Virus record (IMG/VR): IMGVR_UViG_3300009168_000041
Location: 1-64,000 of that record
Strand: one strand, 5' to 3'
DNA from: a virus
DNA length: 64,000 nt
In this document: positions 8,495 through 18,782 of the stretch, in pieces
Layout: every line of letters begins with the position of its first letter
Position numbering within the stretch: position 1 is the first letter of the stretch
Program-made: the position numbers and the translations under genes
Notes under the pieces: model-generated
What the model saw: the letters and a program-made list of their open reading frames with translations, nothing else
What the model was told of the DNA's origin: nothing
Databases searched by the model: none

Positions 8495-10354
8495 ATGGCA
8501 TCCCCCACCCCTACCCCGACCCCAACCCCTGCCCCCACCACCACCCCCAATCGCGCCGTACCGCCGTCCCACATCATCGAAGCCTACGCCTACGCCGGCT
8601 TCTTTCAACGGCGTGAGGCAAAAAAGCTCGCCAAGCGGCTCATCCTTGAAAGTAGCTTCCACGAATTCGTGCGCGCCGCATGGCCGCACATCGAAACCAC
8701 GCCGCTCATCGACGGCTGGTACATCGGGGCCGTGTGCGAGCACCTGCAAGCCGTCAGCGAAGGACATATCCGCAACTTGCTTTTAACGGTCGCGCCACGC
8801 TGTGCCAAGTCCCTTTTAGTCGCCACTCTCTGGCCGTGCTGGGAATGGACTCGCTGGCCGGAAAACCGCTGGATGTTTGCCAGCTACGCGGCCACGCTCA
8901 GCAAGCGTGACAGCATCAAGCGGCGCGACCTCATCAAGTCCGCGTGGTATCGCAACTTCTGGTGGGGGTGGAAGCTCAAAGACGATTCCGATACCCAGGT
9001 TCGATTCGAGAACACGAAACATGGATGGATGTTCTCTACATCTATCGGGGGAGTCGTAACCGGCGAAGGTGGGGATAGGCAGGTTATCGACGATCCGCTA
9101 AAGGCCGACGCCCGCTTCTCAAAAGCCGAGCGGGTCGAGGCCATTCGCTTCTACGATTCTACCTGGGTGACTCGTATTAACGACCCGAAGACGATCCGCC
9201 GCGTCGTCATCGGCCAGTGTATCTGCCAGGATGATTTCATCGGGCATATTCGCAGCCTCGGCACCTATGAGGAATTGTGCCTGCCGATGCACTGGACAAA
9301 GACGCACCATTACGCCAAGGGGCCGTTCCCGTTGCCCGGCACCTACGATCCACGGAGCCGCGGCGAGACGGATTCCGACTTGCTCTGCCCAAAGCGGTTC
9401 AGCGAAGAGGAAGTCAATGCATACGCCCCGCCGGGTGCATACGACCGCTCGGCACAAATTGAGCAGGACCCGCAGCCGGAGGAAGGCGACATGTTCAGCC
9501 GGAAGAACTTCTGTTACTTCACGGCAGAGGGAGTGGGTGAGAATGAGACGTTCACCCTACAATGCCGCGACGGCAAGACACGCAAGGTGCGGGCGGCTGA
9601 CTGCTGTTGGTTTCAAACTATCGACACGGCCCTGGAAGATACCGACACGGCCGCCTATACGGTTGTCACGACGCTCGCTATCACGCCCGCGCCCGCGTGC
9701 CTGCTGGTGTACGACGTGGCCCGCGAGCGGCTCGTAGTGCCGCGCCAGTATGGGTTCATTCTGGCCCAGCGGAAGCGGCACCCGCGAGTCATGGCCCAAT
9801 ACGTCGAGAAGAAGGCCAGCGGCCACGGACTCTTGCAGGAAGGGGCAATTAGCGGGACGCCGTTCGGGGCTCTCGTGGCTGACGTAAGCAAAGAGAAGCG
9901 GGCCGTGGCTATCGCAATCGCTTATGAAAATGGGATGGTGTTCCACCGCGTCGGGGCCCCCTGGTTGGACATCCTGGAAGACGAGCTGCTCAGCTTCCCA
10001 AGCGGCACTTACAAGGACCAGGTTGACACGCTATCCTACGCCGGGCTCATCATGCAGCGGCAGACGTATATGTCGCTTTTGGGGAGCCAGCACATTGCGT
10101 ATTTGCCAGAGGGTGAGGGGGCGGTGAAGTCAGATAACGAGAACAAGGATAGGGACGATGACAGGGACGGGGATGGTGGTAAAAATGGGAGCGCGGTAGA
10201 CGGCAGCGAACCTAAACGCACGATGGCTGACGACCTCGCGGCGGCACTAGGGATGGGAGGGGCGGGGGGCCAGGCAGCCGGCGGCGGTCAGGCGGGCGGC
10301 ACGGCTCTATCCAGGGCCCGCAGCGTGCGGCCGGAGTGGTTTCAAAGGGACTAG
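8495..10354 (+). CDS. terL: Terminase large subunit
   Basis: APRCAKS Walker A, TGEGGD..VIDDP Walker B, C-terminal nuclease with EKKASG and FPSG.YKDQVD. Confidence 0.92.
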   Translation: MASPTPTPTPTPAPTTTPNRAVPPSHIIEAYAYAGFFQRREAKKLAKRLILESSFHEFVRAAWPHIETTPLIDGWYIGAVCEHLQAVSEGHIRNLLLTVAPRCAKSLLVATLWPCWEWTRWPENRWMFASYAATLSKRDSIKRRDLIKSAWYRNFWWGWKLKDDSDTQVRFENTKHGWMFSTSIGGVVTGEGGDRQVIDDPLKADARFSKAERVEAIRFYDSTWVTRINDPKTIRRVVIGQCICQDDFIGHIRSLGTYEELCLPMHWTKTHHYAKGPFPLPGTYDPRSRGETDSDLLCPKRFSEEEVNAYAPPGAYDRSAQIEQDPQPEEGDMFSRKNFCYFTAEGVGENETFTLQCRDGKTRKVRAADCCWFQTIDTALEDTDTAAYTVVTTLAITPAPACLLVYDVARERLVVPRQYGFILAQRKRHPRVMAQYVEKKASGHGLLQEGAISGTPFGALVADVSKEKRAVAIAIAYENGMVFHRVGAPWLDILEDELLSFPSGTYKDQVDTLSYAGLIMQRQTYMSLLGSQHIAYLPEGEGAVKSDNENKDRDDDRDGDGGKNGSAVDGSEPKRTMADDLAAALGMGGAGGQAAGGGQAGGTALSRARSVRPEWFQRD

Positions 10355-10376
10355 GATTAGGACAAGGAACGTACCC

Positions 10377-10847
10377 ATGCCGCAACGCAATATCGCTAAC
10401 TCAGATTTTCCTTCGCAACTAACCCAGTTGGCTTCCGATGAATTCGCTGTCTCAGTAGCCGGCCTATCGACGCCTACCGCTCTGTTGAGGCTCTTACGAA
10501 GGCATCCGGATGTTACGGCCCTTTGGCAAGCCATCCAGGAAGGCGCGATTCAAGAAGACACATTTTGTCGCTTCATTTCCTGGCTGTCCGTTGATTCTTG
10601 CGTCGGCGTTCATTTCATTCATGATGTCACCTTGGCCGCTCTGGTAGTGGCGTGCGACGGCTGCCGGCCAACTTTCACGGATGATTTCATTCGCCGTCTT
10701 GCGAACGTGCGGCTGGCAGAGATACCACTTGCCCCGCGGGTGGCGAGAGAGTGCATTAGGCAATTGGCAAGTCGGGTGCCATCCTCGGGGGGCAATATGG
10801 TTAGCAGTGGCACCTTGTCGTCTGGGTATATGAACTGCTCGATGTAG
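10377..10847 (+). CDS. Hypothetical protein
   Basis: AAGGA RBS; 156-aa ORF. Confidence 0.45.
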   Translation: MPQRNIANSDFPSQLTQLASDEFAVSVAGLSTPTALLRLLRRHPDVTALWQAIQEGAIQEDTFCRFISWLSVDSCVGVHFIHDVTLAALVVACDGCRPTFTDDFIRRLANVRLAEIPLAPRVARECIRQLASRVPSSGGNMVSSGTLSSGYMNCSM

Positions 10848-10859
10848 CGAACTTCCCTC

Positions 10860-10889
10860 TTGACACCACCCCCTTTAGCATGGCACAAT
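10860..10889 (+). promoter_or_regulatory. Sigma70-like promoter
   Basis: TTGACA-18 bp-CACAAT with extended -10 TG. Confidence 0.5.
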
Positions 10890-10993
10890 GGGCGGCGGCG
10901 AGACGGTGGCGTAAGAACGACACGGGCAGTGTGTTTGTGGTAGGGGATTAGTCGTTCTTAGCAGGGCGAGCGTGCTGGAGATCGCCTGTCGTG

Positions 10994-11115
10994 GTAGCCG
11001 CCGATATTGTAGCCGCCGATATCTCTGATGCTGGCCAACTACTCTATGGTTGGCTGTCTAGTTGCCTGGTTGGCTGGCCGTCTAGTTGCCTAGTTGGTTG
11101 GCTATCTAGCCGATT
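10994..11115. repeat. Tandem repeats: 2 x GTAGCCGCCGATAT and 3 degenerate 24-bp units
   Basis: 10994-11007/11009-11022; GGTTGGCTGTCTAGTTGCCT-like units at 24-bp period from 11048. Confidence 0.75.
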
Positions 11116-11449
11116 GCCGCTGGATTCCCTGGATGATGTGAGGCGTTTGTCTATGGGTGCGGGGGTAGACGGATGATCGCTCTTTACACGCCATACGAAG
11201 GCACGTCCACTTGGCTGCCCGTGAGCATGTCGGCTACGGACCCTCGATACAATACGATCGCAACCAACGTGTGCGTCTGCGACGAGACCTTCCAGGCAAC
11301 CACTCTCAACAACCCGCCCGCGAAGACCCGCCGCTTGTGTCCGCCGCCGCTGGACCTGCGTCGCAGACGGCGGACGACGTTTGCCCGCGTGAGAACACCC
11401 TCGAGTCACAAGGCACCACCTGCCGGTGCCGGGAGGATGCTGATTCGAC

Positions 11450-11827
11450 ATGTTCGTTGAAGGAGACAAAGTAAGATGCCTCCAAGCGGGTTTGCCCCCA
11501 GGCGTTCCGATAACTATAGACCTTGAAAACGAGTTGGATGAGTTGTGTTTTGAGTATTCACACGACAGTGACGGCCTAGAGGTTGGTCGCATTTACGAAG
11601 TTTTGTGGGAACGTACGATGCTAGGCGAGTTAGTGATAGGACTCACAGGAGTTCCGGGTATCAATCGCCCGGCCGCGTGGTTTGCGTTAGTTGAAGAATC
11701 GCCGCTGGAAGATTGGTGGATTAGGGCACTACGTGGTCAGGTGCGTACGTTTTTGGATAAATCGCACGGAGATGTGGATTTTCTTCATCGCGTTGTGGAA
11801 GAGAGTGTCCAATCTGGAGGATGTTGA
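11450..11827 (+). CDS. Hypothetical protein
   Basis: GGAGG RBS; acidic 125-aa ORF. Confidence 0.45.
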   Translation: MFVEGDKVRCLQAGLPPGVPITIDLENELDELCFEYSHDSDGLEVGRIYEVLWERTMLGELVIGLTGVPGINRPAAWFALVEESPLEDWWIRALRGQVRTFLDKSHGDVDFLHRVVEESVQSGGC

Positions 11828-12363
11828 TGGCGAAGAACAAAGCCAAGACAAAACCTAAGACGAGAGTCAAAAGCATTACGGCCCCGCGGACCACGACGTT
11901 CCGCTTTCGCTTCAGCCCGGCGACACTGGCCGTTACCGGCATGAGCAACGCGGACTTGCGAGCGTGCGTGCTTGAGGCTGGGCGACTTTGGAGCCGCGCC
12001 GCCAATGTGGCCATCGTCGAAGCCCCGGCCGGCCAGCCGACAAGTTGGTACATCCGGGCGATACCGCGGCCAGGCGTGTGGGGGACGTACAGCGGCATCA
12101 CGATCACGATCTCGACATGGAAGTCCAACGTGACCTACTGGATGAGTCTGAATGCCGTCCAGAGGCGCCAGTTCTTCACCTCGTTGCTTTACCATGAGAC
12201 GTGGCACGGTATGGGCGGGCATGGGAACACGACGCCGGCCGCCATGCGGGCGTGGCTCGCCAAACGGTACGGACCGCCGGTCGCGAAGAAGGCCGGGGTA
12301 GTTCCTCGGCTGAAGAAACTACCCGTGTTAGATGCTGACACCGCGGTCCGATCCGCAGACTGA
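11821..12363 (+). CDS. Small zincin-like metalloprotease
   Basis: LLYHETWHGMG (HExxH) motif; basic N-terminus. Confidence 0.5.
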   Translation: MLMAKNKAKTKPKTRVKSITAPRTTTFRFRFSPATLAVTGMSNADLRACVLEAGRLWSRAANVAIVEAPAGQPTSWYIRAIPRPGVWGTYSGITITISTWKSNVTYWMSLNAVQRRQFFTSLLYHETWHGMGGHGNTTPAAMRAWLAKRYGPPVAKKAGVVPRLKKLPVLDADTAVRSAD

Positions 12364-12388
12364 TTTAACGGCATCTGGAGACGGCGGG

Positions 12389-12622
12389 ATGACCCTTGTA
12401 GAGTTGAAAGCGGTTGTAGACCGTCTGGTGAGTGAAGGACACGGCGAAGTGGAAGTAGTAACTACGCCCGAAAACTACAACCCAGGATACCGTATGAGAG
12501 TGTTTCTGGCTGGCTTGCGTGAAGCTGTCGTCATGGGCGAGGGCTTCTGGATCTACAACCTCAGGAATGAGCCGAGAGTTAGCGTGTTCGAGTTGGCCCA
12601 CGCGGGATTTCCGAAGTCATAA
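12389..12622 (+). CDS. Hypothetical protein
   Basis: GGAG RBS; MTLVELKAVVDRL typical small phage ORF. Confidence 0.45.
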   Translation: MTLVELKAVVDRLVSEGHGEVEVVTTPENYNPGYRMRVFLAGLREAVVMGEGFWIYNLRNEPRVSVFELAHAGFPKS

Positions 12623-12648
12623 CCCTGTTTCACAAGGAGAGAAGTACG

Positions 12649-12837
12649 ATGCCTGAGTCGAAAGAATGGGTTCTGTTCAAGGAAAAGGCTGAGGGCACGA
12701 TTGTCATGCTTCAGGGATTGCTCAGCCAAGCTACGAGTGGTAATCCGGCTGGCGAGATTGTCAAACCCATCGCGCTGAAGTACGCGAAGCAACTGGCCGA
12801 CACGCTCTCGGCCTTGCTCGCCATACCGCCCGTGTGA
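12649..12837 (+). CDS. Hypothetical protein
   Basis: AAGGAG RBS. Confidence 0.45.
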   Translation: MPESKEWVLFKEKAEGTIVMLQGLLSQATSGNPAGEIVKPIALKYAKQLADTLSALLAIPPV

Positions 12838-13025
12838 GATCGGTTGGTAGCAACCCTACAGGCGTCGGCCGGGGTTCCAATCCCGATAACTCCAGCAAAA
12901 GAATCGAGGTGACCGAACGTATGGCGATTACCACGAACAGGGACGCGCGACAACCCGCCACTCTTTACCGCGTTCCGTTTTTCCCGGCCGACGCTTGAGT
13001 AAATAACGCCAAAGATTAGTGCATT

Positions 13026-16000
13026 ATGGTACCGCTTGCTGGATATTCTTTCTGTCAGAAGTTCACCATTGATGGTTCTAAAATCATCGGTGGTCCGCAC
13101 TCCAAGTTTCCTCTTTACTTGAGACTTGGAAGCAATCCAGCAATGACGGGCGATGATGGCCCTATGCTCAGTGGGGCCGATATCCGGATCACGGCAGTTG
13201 ATGGCACGACCGTACTGCCCTACCAGATCGTTCCCGACGGCCAGTTTCTCTGTTTCGACGGCATGACGCCGGTGCCCTACTACCGCAACGGCACGGCCGA
13301 GCGGCTGTACGCTACCACCGTGGACACTGCCGGCGTGCAGCGGGTCTACAGCTACGACTACGACACGGGCAAAGTAGACACCGGCTCTCCGATCAACCGG
13401 GGAGAACGAGACGACCACGACAGCGGCAGTCTGTGCTTCCGGTCGGACGGGAAACTGATTGCCTTCGGGGCCTCGCATCCCGACACGGTTATCAGTTGGG
13501 CTATCAGCACCAATGCCGAAGATGTGACGACGTGGGGGGCGGCATCGACGATGACCCCCGGTGCCGCAAGCAGCACCTACACGTATCCCTACGCTTACCG
13601 GCTGACCAATGAAGGAACGGGCGTTGGGCGGGTGCGTCTGTTCTATCGGACTCAGCCCGGCGGCACGGGAGATAACAAGTGGGCCTACGTCGATTCGGAC
13701 GACGGCGGTGCAACGTGGTCTGCCGAGCAACTGTTTTTGTACTCAGGGAACGACTTTGGGTATTTGCAGCCGCGCATGAACGCGGCGGGCACGCGGATCG
13801 ACTTCGTTGCCACAGGCAGCTATCCTCCGACTGCGCTCTACCATTTTTATTACGACGGGACCTACCGGAATTCGGACGGTACGGAAATCGCCGGAGGGCT
13901 GCCCATCGACGTTGCCAACTTGGCGGCGTGCTCCAAGATATGGGACGGCACCGCGGCGACCCCGGACGATACGAGCTCGATTGCCGGAGCCGATCCGGTC
14001 CTGACGGACGACGGGCACGTTCACGTCCTGTTTCTCAAGCGGCCCAACGGAGACACCGACCACTACTGGATGATGCACGGGGAGTGGGATGGCTCGTCGT
14101 GGTCTACCGAGGCAATCGTAGATACCGGCGGGCCCTGGGATCCTGGCAATACGGGCTACGGCGGTGGCGGGTGTTTCGAGGATGGCGACGTGACGACCGC
14201 GTATCTGTGCGTCGCGGACGGAAGCGACGTACACCAGATCCAGAAGTGGCAGAAGGCCGGCGGCACTTGGTCGAAGACGCTCGACGTTACCGCGGGCGGC
14301 ACGCGGGACAACATCCGGCTCAAGATGGCGCAGGGGGCTGCCGGCAAGCGGGGCCGCCTCGTCTGGGTTGGAAACGGCCCATTCGTCACCTACAACAACT
14401 GGGGGCCAAATGGTATCAGGGTTTATCCGGGCTTCCGCGAGCGATGGGAGCACTGTTGGTTTCAGGCGGATGGAATTCAGAACGGTACTGACTTCACCGC
14501 CTACATCCACTGGGGAAAGGCAGACGCGACGGATGGATCGGACGCGGCGGCCGTTTGGGGCGCAACCGGGGCGGCGTATTCGTCCGTAGTTCATTGCAGC
14601 TACTCACTCACCGCGGACGTTGGATCGCAGTTCCTCGATTCGACGGGGAACAACGTCGATGTGACGGTGCGATCCGCCGGGACGAGCTGGCTATTCACTT
14701 GCCGGCCGGATTACTCCCAGCCGATTCCGGCGGTCATTGTGGGCGATGCGACGATCCCGGCAACGGTTCATCCCTCTTTTGATTCGTTGAACCTTGCAGG
14801 CGCTACGGCGGTTTCGATGGAAGTATGGGGCCAGTGGGCCGACGTGGGGCCAACCACCGTATGCTTTTTGGGAATCTATACGGCAACCAAGGGGTCGATC
14901 TATCTCGGCGTCGCGCAGAACGACGGCAACAAGATTCGCGTCCGACTGGTGCGCGAAGCAAACACCGTGGACGGCGGCAACGTGACCGGAGTGACCTGTC
15001 CTCCCGGAGAGTGGCACCGGCTGGCGGTGAATTTCCAGTCCGGCGCCAACAACGTCACGGCCCGATCCGACAAGAGCGGCGGTACGGTGCCTACCACGGG
15101 GACTGCCGCATTAGATGCTACGGCGTCCGATCCGATGGGTCTTGGCGCGATCAGTGCGACCGACACGGCTTCCGATGTCCACGGGCCGACTTCCGAGCCA
15201 CGGGTCACCGTGGGTGCAGTCCGATCGCCGGACTGGTTCGACACTCAGTTCGACAACATTTCGGATTACGCTAACTTTGTTACATGGGATGGCGTTGAGC
15301 CCGCGGAGCCTGAGTGGTGGAGCAGCACGAGTAGCTCATCGACGGAATTAGCGTCATGGTCTTCTTCAACATCTTCCAGCACCGTACAGGTATCGCGTTC
15401 ATCGAGCACCTCATCGAGTAGCAGCACTGTACTTGTATCGCGGTCAAGTTCGTCGAGTACATCGACAGCGCTGGCATCGTGGTCAAGCAGTTCGACAAGT
15501 TCTCGGACATACACAAGCTGGAGCACGCCATCGTCGGCGAGCACAACATCGCATAGCAGTTCAACAGTTGAAATATCGCGGTCCAGTTCAAGCAGCGTAT
15601 CCAGTTCAAGCCAATCGTCTTCGTCTTCAACGTCGGCTTCGTCGAGTTCATCAAGCAAATCGGCATCATCGGGGTCGTCGTCATCCACTTCGGCATCGTC
15701 TGCTTCGTCTAGTTCTTCAAGCAAGTCCGCGTCTTCGGAATCCTCCTCCTCATCCAGCAAGAGCGAATCGTCGTCAAGCACGTCGCTGTCTACATCGTCG
15801 CTTTCGGCGTCTTCGCAGTCGGAATCCTCATCGTCCACTTCGGCGTCATCGGCTTCGGCATCTTCGGCCTCGGAATCGTCTTCCTCTACATCTTCTTCTT
15901 CTACGTCTGCCTCGTCTCAATCCGTCTCCTCGCAATCGGCATCTTCGCAATCAGAGTCTTCTTCTTCCACCTCGGCATCATCGGCTTCGGCTTCCTCTGC

Positions 16001-18194
16001 TTCAGAATCCTCTTCCTCAACTTCCGGATCCTCTTCCTCGGCTTCCGTTTCAAGCAGCAGTGCAACCTCTGGTGGTGGCGGCGGCGACGAATCATCGTCT
16101 AGCACCAGCACGGCACTAATCAGCCGCTCTAGTTCATCTTCCTCATCTTCAACTTCCTCAACTCCATCATCCTCATCCACATCATCCTCAACTTCCTCAT
16201 CCAGCACGGTTGTTTTATCCTGGTCGAGCAGCAGTTCCTCTACTTCATCCAGTAGCTCGACGGCCGCACTCACCGCCGTTGAAGACGTATACCTCGACCC
16301 GGTTTCAGGCAGCGACGCGAACGACGGCATTACGGAATCGACGCCCGCCAAAACGGTCAACTACCTGCACGACCGCTATTCGTGGCGGACAATCCACCTC
16401 AAGGCCGGCACGACCACGCGGGAAGGAATCATGGTTCCGCGTAGCGGCACGGCGAAGCGGCCGGCGTCAGTGACGCGGTACGGGACCGGTGACGACCCGA
16501 AGATTACTGCCTGCGACTCCGCCCTCGGCGTGGCCGGAGATTGGACGGACCTCGGCTCGAACGTATGGAGCCGAACATGGGCCGACACGTGCCGCGTGGT
16601 GATTGTGGACGGGGCGATGGGCGTCCGCTGTTCGACCCAGGCAGCCGTCAACGCGGCGAGTGAATGGTTTTGGGACGCTGGCGTGCTCTACCTCTACTCG
16701 ACCAGCAACCCCGCAACGGCATTCACCACCCTGGAGGCCGGCAAGCGGACCTATGCGATCTACGCCCGCGGCCGCTCGCACGTCAAGGTTCACGACGTGG
16801 AAATCTACGGCGGCCAGACGCCCAACGCCGCGGACGCGACAGACGACGGCGGGGGCATCGTCATTGACGACGGCTGCTCGGACGTGGAAGTCGCCGATTG
16901 CGAGGTCTGGGGCTGTTATGGGTTCGGCATCGTCATGCGTGGCGTGACCGGGGCGACCGTTCACGGCGTGGCCGTCCACGACATCGACGGCGATCTGACC
17001 AACTCGACGCATGGTGACGGGATCGCCTTCAAGGCCGCGGCAGACGGCACGCAATCGACCGCGATCAAAGTGTACGCCATTACCGACGGCAGCGGTTGCG
17101 TTCGCAGCGTAGTCCACGGCACGGCAATTGACGACTTCCACGTTTACGACTGTAACTTTCAGGACTGCTACAACTACGCCATCTACGTTTTGCCCGACGA
17201 CGGAGAGACGAGTAACGATGTGGAAATCGGCCCGGGCATCGTAGTCGATCACATCGGGATCAACGCTTGCATTGCCGTCCACCTAAAGACCACGGGTACG
17301 CTGAGCAACGTCTGGATTCATGGCAACACAATCGACATGAATTCCGTGGTCGATAGAAATCACCACGGGATCAATCTCGGTACGAACGCCGGTACGAACA
17401 TTGTCGAGAAGAACAAAATCACCAACGCTCACAACGGCATTCGGATTTTCAGCGGCACGAGCACCATCCGCTATAACTCGATTTCAGGCTACACGCTCAG
17501 CAACATCGGTCTGTTTCTGACTGGTCAGGTTATAACCGCCTACGGAAACCTGGTGGATCACGCCGACCGATCCGTCGCAGTCGGGGAGCTATGCTCATGC
17601 ACCATCTACAACAACACCTTTACGCGATGGGTCAACTATTGTCTCTACATGGACGCGACCGGATCGGAGGCTGGGCAGTATACAATCTTCAAAAACAACA
17701 TTTGCTGGACGGCGCAAGCCACCAGCAACGGCGTTATCCAGCAGAATAACCCAAATCGGATTCTAACGTCTGACTATAATCGTATCTACACGCCCGACGT
17801 AACGAGCGTCTATTACCGTAAGCCCGTGTTCTACAATACGCTCGCCGCATGGGCCGCCGGAACGGGGCAGGACGCCCACAGCACGGCTGGGGTGCCTGAA
17901 TTCGTGGATACCGCGACCCAAGACTACCGCTTGGCAGCAGCAAGCCCGTGCATTGGGGCGGGGCTTGATTTGGGCTCGCCGTACAACGATATTCTGAGCT
18001 ACCATGCCACCTGGCCGGACCACGTGCGGCTCTACGACCAGGATGGGGCAGACGGACAATGGATGATAGGCTGCTACGGCCCCTATACGGCGGCGGGGCC
18101 CGCTGTGTGGGACGAATTGGATATCTTCCTGCCGGGGCCCGACGAGATGGACGTGTTCATTCCTGGGGCCGTTGAAATGGATGTGGCTGTTTAG
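13026..18194 (+). CDS. Giant multidomain virion/adhesin protein: split DUF2341, BNR-repeat domain, LamG-like domain, ~310-aa Ser/Thr tract, right-handed beta-helix
   Basis: DIRITAVDGTTVLPYQI and WFQ...AYIHWG (DUF2341 halves); DDHD, TYPY, SDDGGATWS (BNR); GEWHRLAV (LamG); YLDPVSGSDANDG ... DYRLAAASPCIGAG (beta-helix). Confidence 0.8.
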   Translation: MVPLAGYSFCQKFTIDGSKIIGGPHSKFPLYLRLGSNPAMTGDDGPMLSGADIRITAVDGTTVLPYQIVPDGQFLCFDGMTPVPYYRNGTAERLYATTVDTAGVQRVYSYDYDTGKVDTGSPINRGERDDHDSGSLCFRSDGKLIAFGASHPDTVISWAISTNAEDVTTWGAASTMTPGAASSTYTYPYAYRLTNEGTGVGRVRLFYRTQPGGTGDNKWAYVDSDDGGATWSAEQLFLYSGNDFGYLQPRMNAAGTRIDFVATGSYPPTALYHFYYDGTYRNSDGTEIAGGLPIDVANLAACSKIWDGTAATPDDTSSIAGADPVLTDDGHVHVLFLKRPNGDTDHYWMMHGEWDGSSWSTEAIVDTGGPWDPGNTGYGGGGCFEDGDVTTAYLCVADGSDVHQIQKWQKAGGTWSKTLDVTAGGTRDNIRLKMAQGAAGKRGRLVWVGNGPFVTYNNWGPNGIRVYPGFRERWEHCWFQADGIQNGTDFTAYIHWGKADATDGSDAAAVWGATGAAYSSVVHCSYSLTADVGSQFLDSTGNNVDVTVRSAGTSWLFTCRPDYSQPIPAVIVGDATIPATVHPSFDSLNLAGATAVSMEVWGQWADVGPTTVCFLGIYTATKGSIYLGVAQNDGNKIRVRLVREANTVDGGNVTGVTCPPGEWHRLAVNFQSGANNVTARSDKSGGTVPTTGTAALDATASDPMGLGAISATDTASDVHGPTSEPRVTVGAVRSPDWFDTQFDNISDYANFVTWDGVEPAEPEWWSSTSSSSTELASWSSSTSSSTVQVSRSSSTSSSSSTVLVSRSSSSSTSTALASWSSSSTSSRTYTSWSTPSSASTTSHSSSTVEISRSSSSSVSSSSQSSSSSTSASSSSSSKSASSGSSSSTSASSASSSSSSKSASSESSSSSSKSESSSSTSLSTSSLSASSQSESSSSTSASSASASSASESSSSTSSSSTSASSQSVSSQSASSQSESSSSTSASSASASSASESSSSTSGSSSSASVSSSSATSGGGGGDESSSSTSTALISRSSSSSSSSTSSTPSSSSTSSSTSSSSTVVLSWSSSSSSTSSSSSTAALTAVEDVYLDPVSGSDANDGITESTPAKTVNYLHDRYSWRTIHLKAGTTTREGIMVPRSGTAKRPASVTRYGTGDDPKITACDSALGVAGDWTDLGSNVWSRTWADTCRVVIVDGAMGVRCSTQAAVNAASEWFWDAGVLYLYSTSNPATAFTTLEAGKRTYAIYARGRSHVKVHDVEIYGGQTPNAADATDDGGGIVIDDGCSDVEVADCEVWGCYGFGIVMRGVTGATVHGVAVHDIDGDLTNSTHGDGIAFKAAADGTQSTAIKVYAITDGSGCVRSVVHGTAIDDFHVYDCNFQDCYNYAIYVLPDDGETSNDVEIGPGIVVDHIGINACIAVHLKTTGTLSNVWIHGNTIDMNSVVDRNHHGINLGTNAGTNIVEKNKITNAHNGIRIFSGTSTIRYNSISGYTLSNIGLFLTGQVITAYGNLVDHADRSVAVGELCSCTIYNNTFTRWVNYCLYMDATGSEAGQYTIFKNNICWTAQATSNGVIQQNNPNRILTSDYNRIYTPDVTSVYYRKPVFYNTLAAWAAGTGQDAHSTAGVPEFVDTATQDYRLAAASPCIGAGLDLGSPYNDILSYHATWPDHVRLYDQDGADGQWMIGCYGPYTAAGPAVWDELDIFLPGPDEMDVFIPGAVEMDVAV
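15321..16262 (+). repeat. Poly-Ser/Thr low-complexity coding tract
   Basis: Mixed Ser codons; internal ~30-aa duplication SASSQSESSSSTSASSASASSASESSSSTS. Confidence 0.9.
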
Positions 18195-18296
18195 TGCGGC
18201 CGTTTAGTGCGACCGCGTTTAGTGTTGACTACCCATACCCCAAAGTGGTAGGCTACCAATCATAAGCAATAGGGCGGCTGGAAAGGTCGAATAGGG

Positions 18297-18680
18297 ATGC
18301 CAACGGAAGCTGTTTTGCAATCGACCGACATTTGGAAGGGCAACCCGGCGGTATGCTTGGCACGGTGCCGCGTCGAGGACGGCACATATCTGACGCAGGC
18401 CGATTTGAGTAGCGTCGATTACGTGGTGTACGACTTGGACGCAGGATCGGCCCAGACCGGCTCCGATTCAATATCCCCCGACGATTGCGTGTACGACACA
18501 CTCCAGACTGATGATATCTGGACGAAAGATACAACCGGGTACAACTTGAAACTGACGCTGCCGGCAAGTTGCTTTCCTACTGGCAGCCATCGGTACAGGG
18601 CGGTGGTGACGCTGAAAATGCTGGTGTGGGATGACGTGTCGCAGCCGTTTGAATTTCATACGGAAGACCCAGCTGGGTAG
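18297..18680 (+). CDS. Probable virion structural protein
   Basis: beta-rich 127 aa with VYDTLQTDDIWTKDTTGYN motif, directly after the giant protein. Confidence 0.5.
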   Translation: MPTEAVLQSTDIWKGNPAVCLARCRVEDGTYLTQADLSSVDYVVYDLDAGSAQTGSDSISPDDCVYDTLQTDDIWTKDTTGYNLKLTLPASCFPTGSHRYRAVVTLKMLVWDDVSQPFEFHTEDPAG

Positions 18681-18782
18681 CAGGGATCTAGGATGGTTGG
18701 GTATGGCGGTATGGCGGCGTGTGGCGGCACAGGATCGCCACATTAAGAGACAGAGCGTCCAGCGACAATCGAGGGCGATGCG

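Noticed and set aside
8495-10354. Intein or intron in terL
   Set aside because: Length is explained by low-complexity termini; no splicing motifs seen.
10994-11115. Possible CRISPR array
   Set aside because: Repeats are adjacent, lack unique spacers, and no cas genes are present.
12836-12896. tRNA-like segment (GGGGTTCCAATCCC...CTCCA)
   Set aside because: Only a T-arm-like motif; too short, with no consistent acceptor stem, D-arm or anticodon arm.
15266-16360. Asp/Glu-rich minus-strand ORFs (also 38126-38803, 38825-39751, 49365-49661)
   Set aside because: Antisense shadows of Ser codons (TCN read as GAN on the other strand); no RBS or independent features.
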